NCBI GenBank assembly: GCA_963705905.1
Contig: OY970123.1
Span: forward strand, 774,919-838,918
Reading direction: 5' to 3'
Source: an uncultured Chloroflexia bacterium
GTDB lineage: Bacteria > Chloroflexota > Dehalococcoidia > GIF9 > UBA5629
DNA: 64,000 nt
Shown: positions 37,939 through 46,409 of the stretch, in pieces
Position numbering within the stretch: position 1 is the stretch's first letter
How the letters are laid out: the number at the start of each line of letters is the position of its first letter
Notes under the pieces: model-generated
Database searches by the model: none
What the model was told of the DNA's origin: nothing
Seen by the model: the letters and a program-made list of their open reading frames with translations, nothing else
Position numbers and translations under genes: made by a program

Positions 37939-39867
37939 CAGGTCCTGATTCAGCGGACCCGGCAAGGGCTCTGGCGTTGGGTTGGGCACGGGGCCGGGCA
38001 TCGGTTCAGGCGTGGGATTGGGCACAGGTCCGGGCATCGGTTCCGGCGTTGGGTTGGGCACCGGTCCCGGCATGGGCTCCGGGGTAGGATTGGGCACAGG
38101 CCCAGGCATCGGTCCCGGTGTGGGATTAGGTACGGGGCCGGGCATAGGGCCGGGTCCCGGCAAACTTGTGAACATCAGCGTGAACTCAAGGGAACCGCCG
38201 GGTGAAAGATACTGCGATGAAGGCGACACTCCGGCGAATTCTGCGTTCCAGGGTCCTCCGTCACGGAAATCGACGCTGTACGTCCCCTGCGGGGCTCCGT
38301 CAAAGGTTTGCGCTACGGTATTGCCGGTTTGGACATACGGCCCATGCAGCACGTAGTTTGCAGACCCGTACCAGGACTGTCCGTTCAGCGTTGCATCCAC
38401 CGTAACATATCCCCTGCTCTCCGCGGTGAAGTTCAGGATATATGCAATAGAGCCGCCCGCAGAAAGGTATTGCGTAGGCGACGGCGAGATTCCCGTCAAC
38501 GTAGCACCCACCGGGCCGCCCGAGTCATACACCAGGGTATAGTTCCCGGTGGGGTAACCGGTCAGCCAGCCCGGGATCGTATCCTCGCTATCAATCAGGC
38601 TGCCGTTGCTCAGGGAATAGCTTATAGGGCCTGAGCCCGGATTCGTCACCCACGGCTGGCCGTCCACCCTGGCATAGATAGTGATGTTGCCTGTGTCCTG
38701 CTTGCTGGCAAAGTTCAGGCTGAATACGATGGTGCGCCCGGCGGCCAGCGACTGCGTGGGCGCCAATGTGATGCCGGTCAGGTTAGCATTGGAAGGCCCC
38801 CCTCCCAGGTAAGTTACTGTGTAAACCCCTGTCGGCACACTGGAATAGGTGCGGGGCACCGAGTAGTCGACGTTCAGGAAAGGGTTGCTCAGGGAGAAGC
38901 TGGTCGAGCCGGACCACGGTGACCCGTCCAACGTGGCCTGCACTATGACGTTGCCGGACTGCGACTGTGTGTAGTAGGTAAATGTAAATTCGGCTGCCCT
39001 TCCTCCACTGATTACCAGGGTCGTATCCGGGATTATGCCTCCCAGCGAGGCGCCCGCCGGCCCGCCCGCTTTATAGCTGATACGGTAGGTGCCATCGGGG
39101 ACATTGGGCAGCTTTAGCGGCACAGACGCATAAGACCCTGAAATCGGCCCTGATATGGAATAGCTGACCGGGCCCGTCCAGGAGCCGCTGTTGAAATAGG
39201 CGGTAACCGACAAACTTGAAGCGGACGGCGCCGATGAAAAATTCAAGGTAAAGTCCACCTGACCGTTGGACGTCAGCGTTTGCGAGGCCGAGGGGGAAAC
39301 GCCCGTGAACACTGCATTCTGGGGCCCGCCGTCGTTGTATACCACGGTATACATTCCGGGGTCAACGCTTATGAATGTATGCGGCACGATGGAATCCCTG
39401 TCCTGAAAGTGGCCGTAGATAGTGTAGTCTATGCCACCGTTCCAGGGGGTGCCGTCCAGCATGGCGCTCACGTTTATCCTGGAGTTGCCGGGGGTCTGGA
39501 AGTTGAGCGTAAAGGAGACCGTGCCGCCGGCGCTGAGCTGCTGGGCCGGCGCCGGGGTTACATCGGCCAGTGCTGCCCCCGACGGCCCGCCGTAGTTGTA
39601 GGTGATGGAATACACGCCGGCTTTGACCCCATTGAAACTCCACGGCAGGTTATCTTCGGTATCGGTGAAGGGGCCGTTGACCTGGTAGCTAACGGGTCCC
39701 GCCCATCTTGCGCCATTATATGTGGCATTCACGTAGATGTTGCCCGTAGTTAGCGAGGGTATGGGAGGGCTGGGAGGCTTGGAACACCCCGCAAAAACCA
39801 GCACTAAAATTAAAGCAACTAATAGAACGCAGTATGCTTTCCGTATCATGGCCTTTTCCCTCTCCAA
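37930..39867 (-). CDS. surface lipoprotein with about seven tandem ~90-aa beta-sandwich repeats and a C-terminal Pro-rich tail
   Basis: Lipobox LVFAGC. Repeats share the pattern W.GP..Y...GP.......P..F..V..G.Y...Y..GGP..A.L....P...Q.L..GG...FTLNF. The tail is (PMPGPVPNPTPE)x5. Confidence 0.6.
   Translation of the reverse strand: MEREKAMIRKAYCVLLVALILVLVFAGCSKPPSPPIPSLTTGNIYVNATYNGARWAGPVSYQVNGPFTDTEDNLPWSFNGVKAGVYSITYNYGGPSGAALADVTPAPAQQLSAGGTVSFTLNFQTPGNSRINVSAMLDGTPWNGGIDYTIYGHFQDRDSIVPHTFISVDPGMYTVVYNDGGPQNAVFTGVSPSASQTLTSNGQVDFTLNFSSAPSASSLSVTAYFNSGSWTGPVSYSISGPISGSYASVPLKLPNVPDGTYRISYKAGGPAGASLGGIIPDTTLVISGGRAAEFTFTYYTQSQSGNVIVQATLDGSPWSGSTSFSLSNPFLNVDYSVPRTYSSVPTGVYTVTYLGGGPSNANLTGITLAPTQSLAAGRTIVFSLNFASKQDTGNITIYARVDGQPWVTNPGSGPISYSLSNGSLIDSEDTIPGWLTGYPTGNYTLVYDSGGPVGATLTGISPSPTQYLSAGGSIAYILNFTAESRGYVTVDATLNGQSWYGSANYVLHGPYVQTGNTVAQTFDGAPQGTYSVDFRDGGPWNAEFAGVSPSSQYLSPGGSLEFTLMFTSLPGPGPMPGPVPNPTPGPMPGPVPNPTPEPMPGPVPNPTPEPMPGPVPNPTPEPMPGPVPNPTPEPLPGPLNQDLSP
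37966..38160 (-). repeat. 36-nt in-frame tandem repeat (x5) encoding PMPGPVPNPTPE
   Basis: Near-identical 36-bp units (ggcacnggnccgggcatnggntcnggngtnggattg), visible as period-12 amino-acid repeats. Confidence 0.7.
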
Positions 39868-39937
39868 TACAATCTACGGTCTCCCCTGCCAATCGTCAAG
39901 ACCCAAGAGGCCATAATTTCCGGACCAATTTGCCTTT

Positions 39938-41023
39938 TCAGTTTCTCTGAGTGTTGACCGTATCCTTGTAAACCAATTTCAATGAAGGCAGTAGTGCTTG
40001 CTCTTCGAGAGATATAGCATCGCTTTTCCAGATTAATCTTTTTCGCATGGAAACATTGTCAGAATTATATTTAGGCATACAGGAGAAGACCTTATTTCCG
40101 ATACAACTACCTATCACACCAAAAATTAGAATCAATGTCAACGTTACAATAATCGTCCATTTATTCGAGCGGAATGATTTGAACTTAATAAAAATACATA
40201 GACTGCTGGGGTCGGTTTCTGACCAACGATAAGCTATGACTCTATGGAACGGATATTCTGTCCCTACATATGATGTCCAAATATGGCTTTCTAATTGCCT
40301 ACCGGCAGGTAGACTATGAGAAAAAATATAATCATCTTTGGCTTCTCTCATTAAGAAGAAATGTGATATTTTAAATGAGGTTTTTACCTCACCACGAATA
40401 AGCTCAAGCAAGGAAGCCGGTAAATTGCGTTTTTCGTTAACTCGAAAATCAACCAACTCAGTCTGTAGAAATGCCCCCTCCAGCATTGAATTAAGGGGGG
40501 GCTTATAAATATAGTTAATTTGTTTTACAAAATCACATTTTAGTCTAATGCGATAATAGTGTTTTTTATTTTTTAAATATTCAGGAACCTTTATGGAAAT
40601 TGTGGAACCACCGAATTGATTTAATATGGTTACATCATTCTCAATATCCAATTGATATATACTAAATAAGAATGTTCTATCCGCTCTACATATATCAATT
40701 GTTTTTTCTTGCGATCCACTAGAAACAATATAATCTGCGTTGAAAATGGCAGATACAAGTTCGGTTGAACTCCGAAATAGTGATCCCAAATCAGTCAAAT
40801 TAGATTCACTCAATTTGGCAGGTAAATAAATATTGATGGTATCCATTGGAGGGCTATTTCCCAATACCATCAAACCTATATCTAAAAAACAATTTACGCT
40901 TGAGTCGCCCAATAACCAGTAATTAAAGTGGCATTCCAAATTATAAGTATTGGCGGTTTCTTGCCCGACCTTTTGCCCCGTACACCAAATGGCAATACAG
41001 TTTACCGTTTTTCCCCTAATCAT
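39938..41023 (-). CDS. hypothetical protein with C-terminal transmembrane anchor (island gene 3)
   Basis: 361 aa with no recognisable domain. One predicted TM helix, WTIIVTLTLILIFGVIGSCIG, lies near the C-terminus. Confidence 0.5.
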   Translation of the reverse strand: MIRGKTVNCIAIWCTGQKVGQETANTYNLECHFNYWLLGDSSVNCFLDIGLMVLGNSPPMDTINIYLPAKLSESNLTDLGSLFRSSTELVSAIFNADYIVSSGSQEKTIDICRADRTFLFSIYQLDIENDVTILNQFGGSTISIKVPEYLKNKKHYYRIRLKCDFVKQINYIYKPPLNSMLEGAFLQTELVDFRVNEKRNLPASLLELIRGEVKTSFKISHFFLMREAKDDYIFSHSLPAGRQLESHIWTSYVGTEYPFHRVIAYRWSETDPSSLCIFIKFKSFRSNKWTIIVTLTLILIFGVIGSCIGNKVFSCMPKYNSDNVSMRKRLIWKSDAISLEEQALLPSLKLVYKDTVNTQRN

Positions 41024-41063
41024 TACTTTAACAACAATCCTTAATTCTAACTTGCTAATTTAT

Positions 41064-41432
41064 TTAGATATAGATGAATGATTGTGGAGGCCAAGAGAGC
41101 ATAAATTCATTGAGGGTATATGGTATTTCATAGCGTTTTGTTTCCCTAATCTTAATAGCATATCCAGTCTCGCGCTCTGCGAAATAACTAAAAAACTTTT
41201 TTTTAGTTATTCCAGCATGTTGGCCAGTTTTATACCAAAGAATATCAGGATGAGCCTGAAGAATCGTCCCTATCTGAAATTCGCCGATTATTCGTTTAAC
41301 AGGGTTAGACGCATATATGACCACTGTCGCCACTTCCTGTCGTTTGAAAATGGCCCTTCTATATTCATATTTTTTCGATCCTTCAAATATTTTAGTAGCA
41401 TATTCTGGTTTAATTGACAGCAATACTTTCAT
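41064..41432 (-). CDS. ASCH domain protein (island gene 2)
   Basis: MKVLLSIKPEYATKIFEGSKKYEYRRA carries the ASCH GxKxxExR signature (G-S-K-K-Y-E-Y-R) in a beta-barrel PUA-like context. Its start overlaps the 3' end of the upstream gene by 23 nt. Confidence 0.7.
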   Translation of the reverse strand: MKVLLSIKPEYATKIFEGSKKYEYRRAIFKRQEVATVVIYASNPVKRIIGEFQIGTILQAHPDILWYKTGQHAGITKKKFFSYFAERETGYAIKIRETKRYEIPYTLNEFMLSWPPQSFIYI

Positions 41433-42930
41433 CAGCCTGGCACTCCTTTAATATATCCTTTAGGTTTGGTACAGTTATTTGAGTGAAGCCCCTAGGGACG
41501 TCATTAGTGCTGGGTATAACGCCGATTTCGATAAGTTTCTGTAAATTAATCCTCTTAGGCAAAGAATACACATATAGAAAGTTGACAATAAATGGTCGAT
41601 ATAACGATCTTTTCCATTCCTGCGAAAGCGATCCGTTTGAAAAGACGCTACGTTTAGCTGCCAATTCAATAAAGTCGTTTTCGTCCTTAATATTAGTAAT
41701 AACATTCTCAACTACGCCTATTGTCGTAACAACACTATGATAATATGCTGGATATGCGTCGGCTGTACGATAAAAAACAATCACGTCACCCGAGCTTAAT
41801 CCTCTCTCCATGGATCTTGAAATGAAAACTTTACTAATTGCATTTCTATAAGGTTCATTTTCCACATAATCAGCGGGCGATTCTGTCTGCAGTATAGAAT
41901 CCGGGAATAATTCAGTGTGATATTTAGGATAGATGGATACAATAAAAATTCGTCCCCTTACTGAAAAGAAAGGATACGTTAATTTTGGACTTGACCGATC
42001 AGCCTTTTTTTCACATGACCTCACATATACAAGTTCCTTTCCTCCTAAGCCTACCTTTACACCATGATAGCGGAAGCCATAATCCTCCAATAGATTAATT
42101 AGCCGTTGCTGTTCAATTCGCTTATCAAAAATTGATACATATATTTCCTCAACTTTGAAAAGTAGGGCATTATCAAACACAATTTTTAGAAATCTTTCAC
42201 CTAAACGATATCCGTTCAATACGACTTTAAAACTCCCGATTTTAAGGCGTTTTTTGGGCAATAATGGGGGATTAATGTCAGAATATATCTCGTTTTTATC
42301 CTCAACCTTCAAATAAAGCAAGGCGATTAACTTATTCTCCGACAAACAAATGTAGACTGGTTCGTCAGCCTTCTTGTTAAACCACTCGGTATACTCAGGA
42401 TAATCTTCAATAAAGGAATTAAAAAAATCATCTGATAGTTTTAAGTTTCCGAAATATGACTTCCGTACCGAAAGAACCTTATAATCGGTTAAATTGGGAT
42501 GTTCCTTTGTGACTTTTTCAAGGAACGAATCTATCGTATAGACTTTATCGGCTACATTAAGTATTGAAGCTTTATTAATGATCTTTTTATCTTCAGTTAT
42601 TAATATATCGACACGTCCGGCAAATAGTTCATTAATAATAATTGTGTCGTTGACATCATTTTCATTTTTATCTAGTGGTCCTATGAGTGAATAAACGCTA
42701 TCCTTAATAGGAGCGGTTGTTTTAAGTATATTGTAATTCCTTAATTTAACTTCAAAAGTCTTCCGCACCTCGGGGTCCTGATGTTTTTCTATCTCCTCGA
42801 TAGTTAAATGGTGTATACATTTAGAATAATGAAGATTATCGAGCCACTTGAACAATACTCCAATGTCTTCATTAACCACCGTAGCGGCTTCACGATGAAT
42901 AATGATATTAGTGTCCAGGAGTACCTTCAC
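41410..42930 (-). CDS. multidomain protein: N-terminal PIN-like nuclease domain, central GNAT-like segment, C-terminal EVE/PUA-like domain (island gene 1)
   Basis: GTG start. MKVLLDTNIIIHRE plus downstream acidic residues (NDVNDTIIINE, LITEDKK) fit PIN. The C-terminus, GDVIVFYRTADAYPAYYHSVVTTIGVV, resembles the EVE GDxVxFYHS...G motif. Confidence 0.55.
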   Translation of the reverse strand: MKVLLDTNIIIHREAATVVNEDIGVLFKWLDNLHYSKCIHHLTIEEIEKHQDPEVRKTFEVKLRNYNILKTTAPIKDSVYSLIGPLDKNENDVNDTIIINELFAGRVDILITEDKKIINKASILNVADKVYTIDSFLEKVTKEHPNLTDYKVLSVRKSYFGNLKLSDDFFNSFIEDYPEYTEWFNKKADEPVYICLSENKLIALLYLKVEDKNEIYSDINPPLLPKKRLKIGSFKVVLNGYRLGERFLKIVFDNALLFKVEEIYVSIFDKRIEQQRLINLLEDYGFRYHGVKVGLGGKELVYVRSCEKKADRSSPKLTYPFFSVRGRIFIVSIYPKYHTELFPDSILQTESPADYVENEPYRNAISKVFISRSMERGLSSGDVIVFYRTADAYPAYYHSVVTTIGVVENVITNIKDENDFIELAAKRSVFSNGSLSQEWKRSLYRPFIVNFLYVYSLPKRINLQKLIEIGVIPSTNDVPRGFTQITVPNLKDILKECQADESIAVN

Positions 42931-43102
42931 ATATTATCCTAACGGAATATTATATGATAAATACATAACGATGCGTTTGAGAATATAAGGTCAAATACCT
43001 TTATCATGCTCGTGTAAGAATTTTAATTTTATTCTATATTGTTTAATGGAGATTATCAATCTAAAATACACTATGGTTCTAGTATGATCTTTATAGACTA
43101 TG

Positions 43103-43290
43103 CTATCGGAATACCAACAGCAGAAGCCGCAGATAGTCTTTTCCGGTTACTGATCCCAGCGCAGGTAAATCCTGGGTGAACAGTGGCTTCTATACCTACC
43201 TCGTTAATCCGCTTGCTGAATTTATCTCTGGCAAAATATAGTCCGTCCATAGTGGGGCAATTACGAACCATGCTCCCCTGAGTTTCTGCC
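43103..43290 (-). pseudogene. frameshifted 3' remnant of a paralog of the FAD-dependent oxidoreductase at 35840..37384
   Basis: About 75% nucleotide identity to 35840-36010. It translates to CPTMDGLYFARDKFSKRINEVGIEATVHPGFTCAGIS (compare CPTVDGLYFAGDTYGKRINEGGIEAAVHSGFICAGS), then a +1 insertion occurs. It retains an aligned stop. No upstream gene body follows, because the Zn-ADH gene begins at 43335. Confidence 0.6.
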
Positions 43291-43334
43291 TCAGTTATAC
43301 AAGCAGAATACGAAAAGATAACATCGGGTAGCTT

Positions 43335-44489
43335 CTACGGCTTGATGATCACCTTGACCGATTGGTCGGCTTTGGTCTGGATTTCGAAGGCTTCCATGGT
43401 CTGATCAAGCGGGAATTCATGGGAGATCATGGGCTTGACCTTCACTTTGCCCTCGGCCATCAGCTCCAGCGCTTCCCTGATATCAACGTTGGGCGGCTGC
43501 TTGCCCGGAGAGAATGAGCTTATCAGGCTAAGCTGCTTGTGAATAATATGGTTGACGTCCAGCGACACATTCTGTTCGTACAATGCCACCAGCACGATGC
43601 GCCCACCGGTGCGCGTCATCTCTACCGCCTGCTGCAGGACAAACGGCACCCCGGAACATTCCATAACAATATCGGCACAGCCGCCGTGCTTGCCGCTGAA
43701 GCTGCGTCCCGTGCCGGTCAACTCGATCACCTTTTTCAGCGGGTCCTCTTTGGCAGCGTTGATGACCACATCGGCTCCAAGCTCTTTGGCCAGCTTCAGG
43801 CGCTTCTCCGAGACGTCGGAGACAATCACTTTGGACACGTAAAGCTTGAGCACCTGCATCACAGCCAGGCCGATCGTGCCCAGGCCTGTGACCACGCCGG
43901 TCTCCCATGACTTGGGTTCTCCCTGGTTCACCCATTTATAGGCGCCTGTGACCGGATCGAGAAACGAAGCTTCCGCATAGCTCAGGTTGTCGGGTATCTT
44001 AAAAACGTTGAAGCCCAACTTCGCATAAGGCACGTAGGCATACTCGGCATAACCGCCATTGCGGCTGTATCCCATCAACATATGGCGCTGATTGCTTTCG
44101 CACAACCACCATTCGCCGGTCTTGCAGGGACCGCACTCACCGCAGGCTTTGTGGCCCGCAGAAGAGCACCACTGAGGCTGTCCCCTCGTACACCAGAAGC
44201 ATTTGCCACAGGCGCCGGACGTATCATACAGCCCGTACATCATGGGGATGACGCGATCGCCCACTTTTATGCCCTTTACTTTGTCTCCTGCCTCCACCAC
44301 CTCACCGGCGACCTCATGCCCCATTACAAAGCCGCGCCGGCTGAACAATCCCTCTTTATAAGCGTGCAGGTCGGAGCCGCAGATGCCGGCCGCCCTGACC
44401 TTAATTAGAATGTCGTCGGGCTCTATTTTGGGGTCTTCGATATTTTCAATCCTGAAATCTTTCGCTCCATAGAAGACTGCGGCTTTCAT
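43335..44489 (-). CDS. zinc-dependent medium-chain alcohol dehydrogenase
   Basis: GICGSDLH catalytic zinc motif, structural-zinc Cys cluster (CGKCFWC...C), and a GLGTIGLA NAD-binding motif. Confidence 0.85.
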   Translation of the reverse strand: MKAAVFYGAKDFRIENIEDPKIEPDDILIKVRAAGICGSDLHAYKEGLFSRRGFVMGHEVAGEVVEAGDKVKGIKVGDRVIPMMYGLYDTSGACGKCFWCTRGQPQWCSSAGHKACGECGPCKTGEWWLCESNQRHMLMGYSRNGGYAEYAYVPYAKLGFNVFKIPDNLSYAEASFLDPVTGAYKWVNQGEPKSWETGVVTGLGTIGLAVMQVLKLYVSKVIVSDVSEKRLKLAKELGADVVINAAKEDPLKKVIELTGTGRSFSGKHGGCADIVMECSGVPFVLQQAVEMTRTGGRIVLVALYEQNVSLDVNHIIHKQLSLISSFSPGKQPPNVDIREALELMAEGKVKVKPMISHEFPLDQTMEAFEIQTKADQSVKVIIKP

Positions 44490-44494
44490 AGTGA

Positions 44495-44640
44495 CCTCCT
44501 AAACTGTTTAAAGAATTATATCACCCTCACCCTTGCCCTCTCCCTGGAGGGAGAGGGTTGTTTTTTTCTAAGAGGGGCTTTAAAGCCCCTCTTAGACGCC
44601 CTTAACCCGGTCGGCCGGTACTTCATTCGCCATGTCGCAT
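44495..44640. repeat. cluster of short perfect palindromes/hairpins
   Basis: ccctctccc-tgga-gggagaggg followed by tttttttt; taagaggggc-tttaaa-gcccctctta; ctccccctaaggagaggg. Confidence 0.45.
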
Positions 44641-44732
44641 GTCGCGAAAGGTGATTCTCCCCCTAAGGAGAGGGTTATGCATCTCTAAACTCTTATATTG
44701 GAGTTTCGAATTTTCCTGCAGGGGTTTGCCAA

Positions 44733-44890
44733 AGGATTGCCACGGCACTGCGTGCCTCGCAATGACGTGTAAAAGAGGCCGGTCATTGCGATCCCAGATG
44801 CAATCATGTGAACCATTCCCTTGAATTCAAATGCATGGTCTAATGCCGAAGGATTGCCACGGCACTGCGTGCCTCGCAATGACGTGTAAA
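44733..44890. repeat. two 42-bp direct repeats (AAGGATTGCCACGGCACTGCGTGCCTCGCAATGACGTGTAAA) of the same family as 33634-33746
   Basis: Identical copies at 44733-44774 and 44849-44890, with a GTCATTGCGA-containing spacer. They share the CCTCGCAATGACG and GGATTGC motifs with the 33.6-kb element. Confidence 0.65.
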
Positions 44891-44900
44891 GAGAGGCCTC

Positions 44901-45788
44901 CTATTTGAGCGTCGTAACGTCGAAGGGGACCATCTTGCCGTCGGGGGTGTAGTCGTAGAAGCCTTTGCCTACCTTGCGTCCCAGCCGCCCGGCCTTGACC
45001 ATTTTTTCGATCAGCTTCGATTTGCCGGCGAGATCGGTGGCGCCCAGGGCTGCGAAGGCTTTGCCCACGCGCAGGTAGGTATCGATCCCAGCATTGTCGG
45101 CGATCTCGAAGGGGCCTATATTCCAGTTGAACCCGTACTGCATGCCTTTGTCCACGTCTTCAACAGTCGCAATGCCTTTATCCACCAGGTCGAGGGCCTC
45201 GCGGAAAGCGGCGCCGCTGATACGGTTCATAATAAAACCGGGGATATCTTTCATGACCTTAACCGGGTACTGTCCAAGCGAGTCGACAAAAGCCACGGCC
45301 TTCTTGAATACGGCATCCGATGTTTTCTCGCCCCTGATGACCTCCACCAGGCGCATCATGGGGACCGGGCCGAAGAAATGCATGCCCACCACCCTTTCCG
45401 GGTGCTTTGTAAGCGAAGCCAGCCGGGTAATGGGAATGCTTGATGTATTGGATGCCAGTACCGTATCGGCAGGGCAGGTTGCATCCAACTCTTTGAAGAT
45501 CCCTTTCTTCATTTTCTCGTCTTCGTAGACCACTTCGATAACCCACTGGCATTTAGCAGCAATTGAAAGGTCTTTGACCGGCATAATCCTGTCCTGCACA
45601 ACCTTTGCGCTGTCTTTGATCTTGCCCTTGCCGGCCAATTTCTCGGTGGACCATTTAACCTGCGCCAGCGTTTTTTCCAGGGCTTCGGGGCTTACATCTT
45701 GCAGGTAAACCGTGTACCCGCCCTGGGCTACAACCTGTGCTATGCCTCCGCCCATAAAGCCGGCGCCGATGACCAAAACGTTATCCAT
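44901..45788 (-). CDS. 3-hydroxyacyl-CoA (3-hydroxybutyryl-CoA) dehydrogenase
   Basis: VLVIGAGFMGGGIAQV NAD motif, and a C-terminal dimerisation domain. Confidence 0.85.
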   Translation of the reverse strand: MDNVLVIGAGFMGGGIAQVVAQGGYTVYLQDVSPEALEKTLAQVKWSTEKLAGKGKIKDSAKVVQDRIMPVKDLSIAAKCQWVIEVVYEDEKMKKGIFKELDATCPADTVLASNTSSIPITRLASLTKHPERVVGMHFFGPVPMMRLVEVIRGEKTSDAVFKKAVAFVDSLGQYPVKVMKDIPGFIMNRISGAAFREALDLVDKGIATVEDVDKGMQYGFNWNIGPFEIADNAGIDTYLRVGKAFAALGATDLAGKSKLIEKMVKAGRLGRKVGKGFYDYTPDGKMVPFDVTTLK

Positions 45789-45836
45789 GACGAATTCTCC
45801 TTTTGTGAGTTTAATTGGCGCAAGTATTTAAAAAGA

Positions 45837-46409
45837 CTAGCTGTATTCGCAGCCTTTGAGCAGGGCCGCCTTGTTGAGCTCAAGCTGGTGCTTGTCTTTA
45901 GAGAGAATCTGGTTCAATACCTTGATAATGCTGGTGGTGGTCACCAACTGCGAGTTGGCTATAATGGCGCCCAGCGCCACCAGGTTTCCTACGGACTCGT
46001 CGCCGACTTCCTTAGACGCCTCAACGGTCGGCACGTAGACCGCTTTTATATCACGGCGTGCTGTTTTGTTTTTGATCAAAGATTCGTTGACGACCAAAAG
46101 GCCGCCCGTTTTGACCGCCGGCTCCAGTATCTTCATGGCCGCCGGGTTCATGGCTACCGCGATATCGGGATGCGTAATGAAGATGGATCCTATCCTCTCA
46201 TCGGAGATGTTGACGAAGCAGGTGCACATGCCGCCGCGTTTCTCGCCGCTGTAGTAGGGCAGCCAGGATACTTCCTTGCCTGAACGGAAGGCGGACTCCA
46301 TGAGCAGCCTGCCGATGAAGAGCACGCCCTGCCCGCCAAACCCGGATACGGTTATTTCCCAGCTCAACCTTTCACCGCCTTCTTGAGCGCCTCTACTTCC
46401 GGTATACAC
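45837..46409 (-). CDS. 2-oxoacid:ferredoxin oxidoreductase gamma subunit
   Basis: ITVSGFGGQGVLFIGRLLMESA. The start is uncertain; the listed ATG overlaps the beta gene by 45 nt, and TTG at ~46370 is an alternative. Confidence 0.7.
   Translation of the reverse strand: MYTGSRGAQEGGERLSWEITVSGFGGQGVLFIGRLLMESAFRSGKEVSWLPYYSGEKRGGMCTCFVNISDERIGSIFITHPDIAVAMNPAAMKILEPAVKTGGLLVVNESLIKNKTARRDIKAVYVPTVEASKEVGDESVGNLVALGAIIANSQLVTTTSIIKVLNQILSKDKHQLELNKAALLKGCEYS

Larger units (their letters stand above)
39868..43115. other. AT-rich genomic island (compositionally distinct from its flanks) carrying a three-gene minus-strand operon
   Basis: Visibly lower GC than the neighbouring ~55-60% GC genes. Contains three co-oriented ORFs, an AT-rich promoter region (42931-43100), and no integrase. 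Confidence 0.55.

Noticed and set aside
37966-38160. Possible CRISPR array, because of a regular 36-bp periodicity
   Set aside because: Units are contiguous with no unique spacers, lie in frame inside a long ORF and encode a peptide repeat. No cas genes are nearby.
37982-38356. 124-aa plus-strand ORF encoding a Gly-rich repeat (GTGPGIGSGVGL)n
   Set aside because: This is the reverse complement of the Pro-rich 36-nt tandem repeat of the surface lipoprotein. The minus-strand frame continues into a 645-aa protein with signal peptide and repeats, so the plus frame is a shadow.
39868-43115. Integrase, transposase or tRNA flanking the AT-rich island
   Set aside because: None of the three island ORFs or flanking ORFs shows DDE, tyrosine or serine recombinase motifs. 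No tRNA-like sequence or convincing direct repeats were found at the borders, so it is annotated as a compositional island rather than a defined mobile element.
45094-45528. 144-aa plus-strand ORF
   Set aside because: Antisense to hbd.
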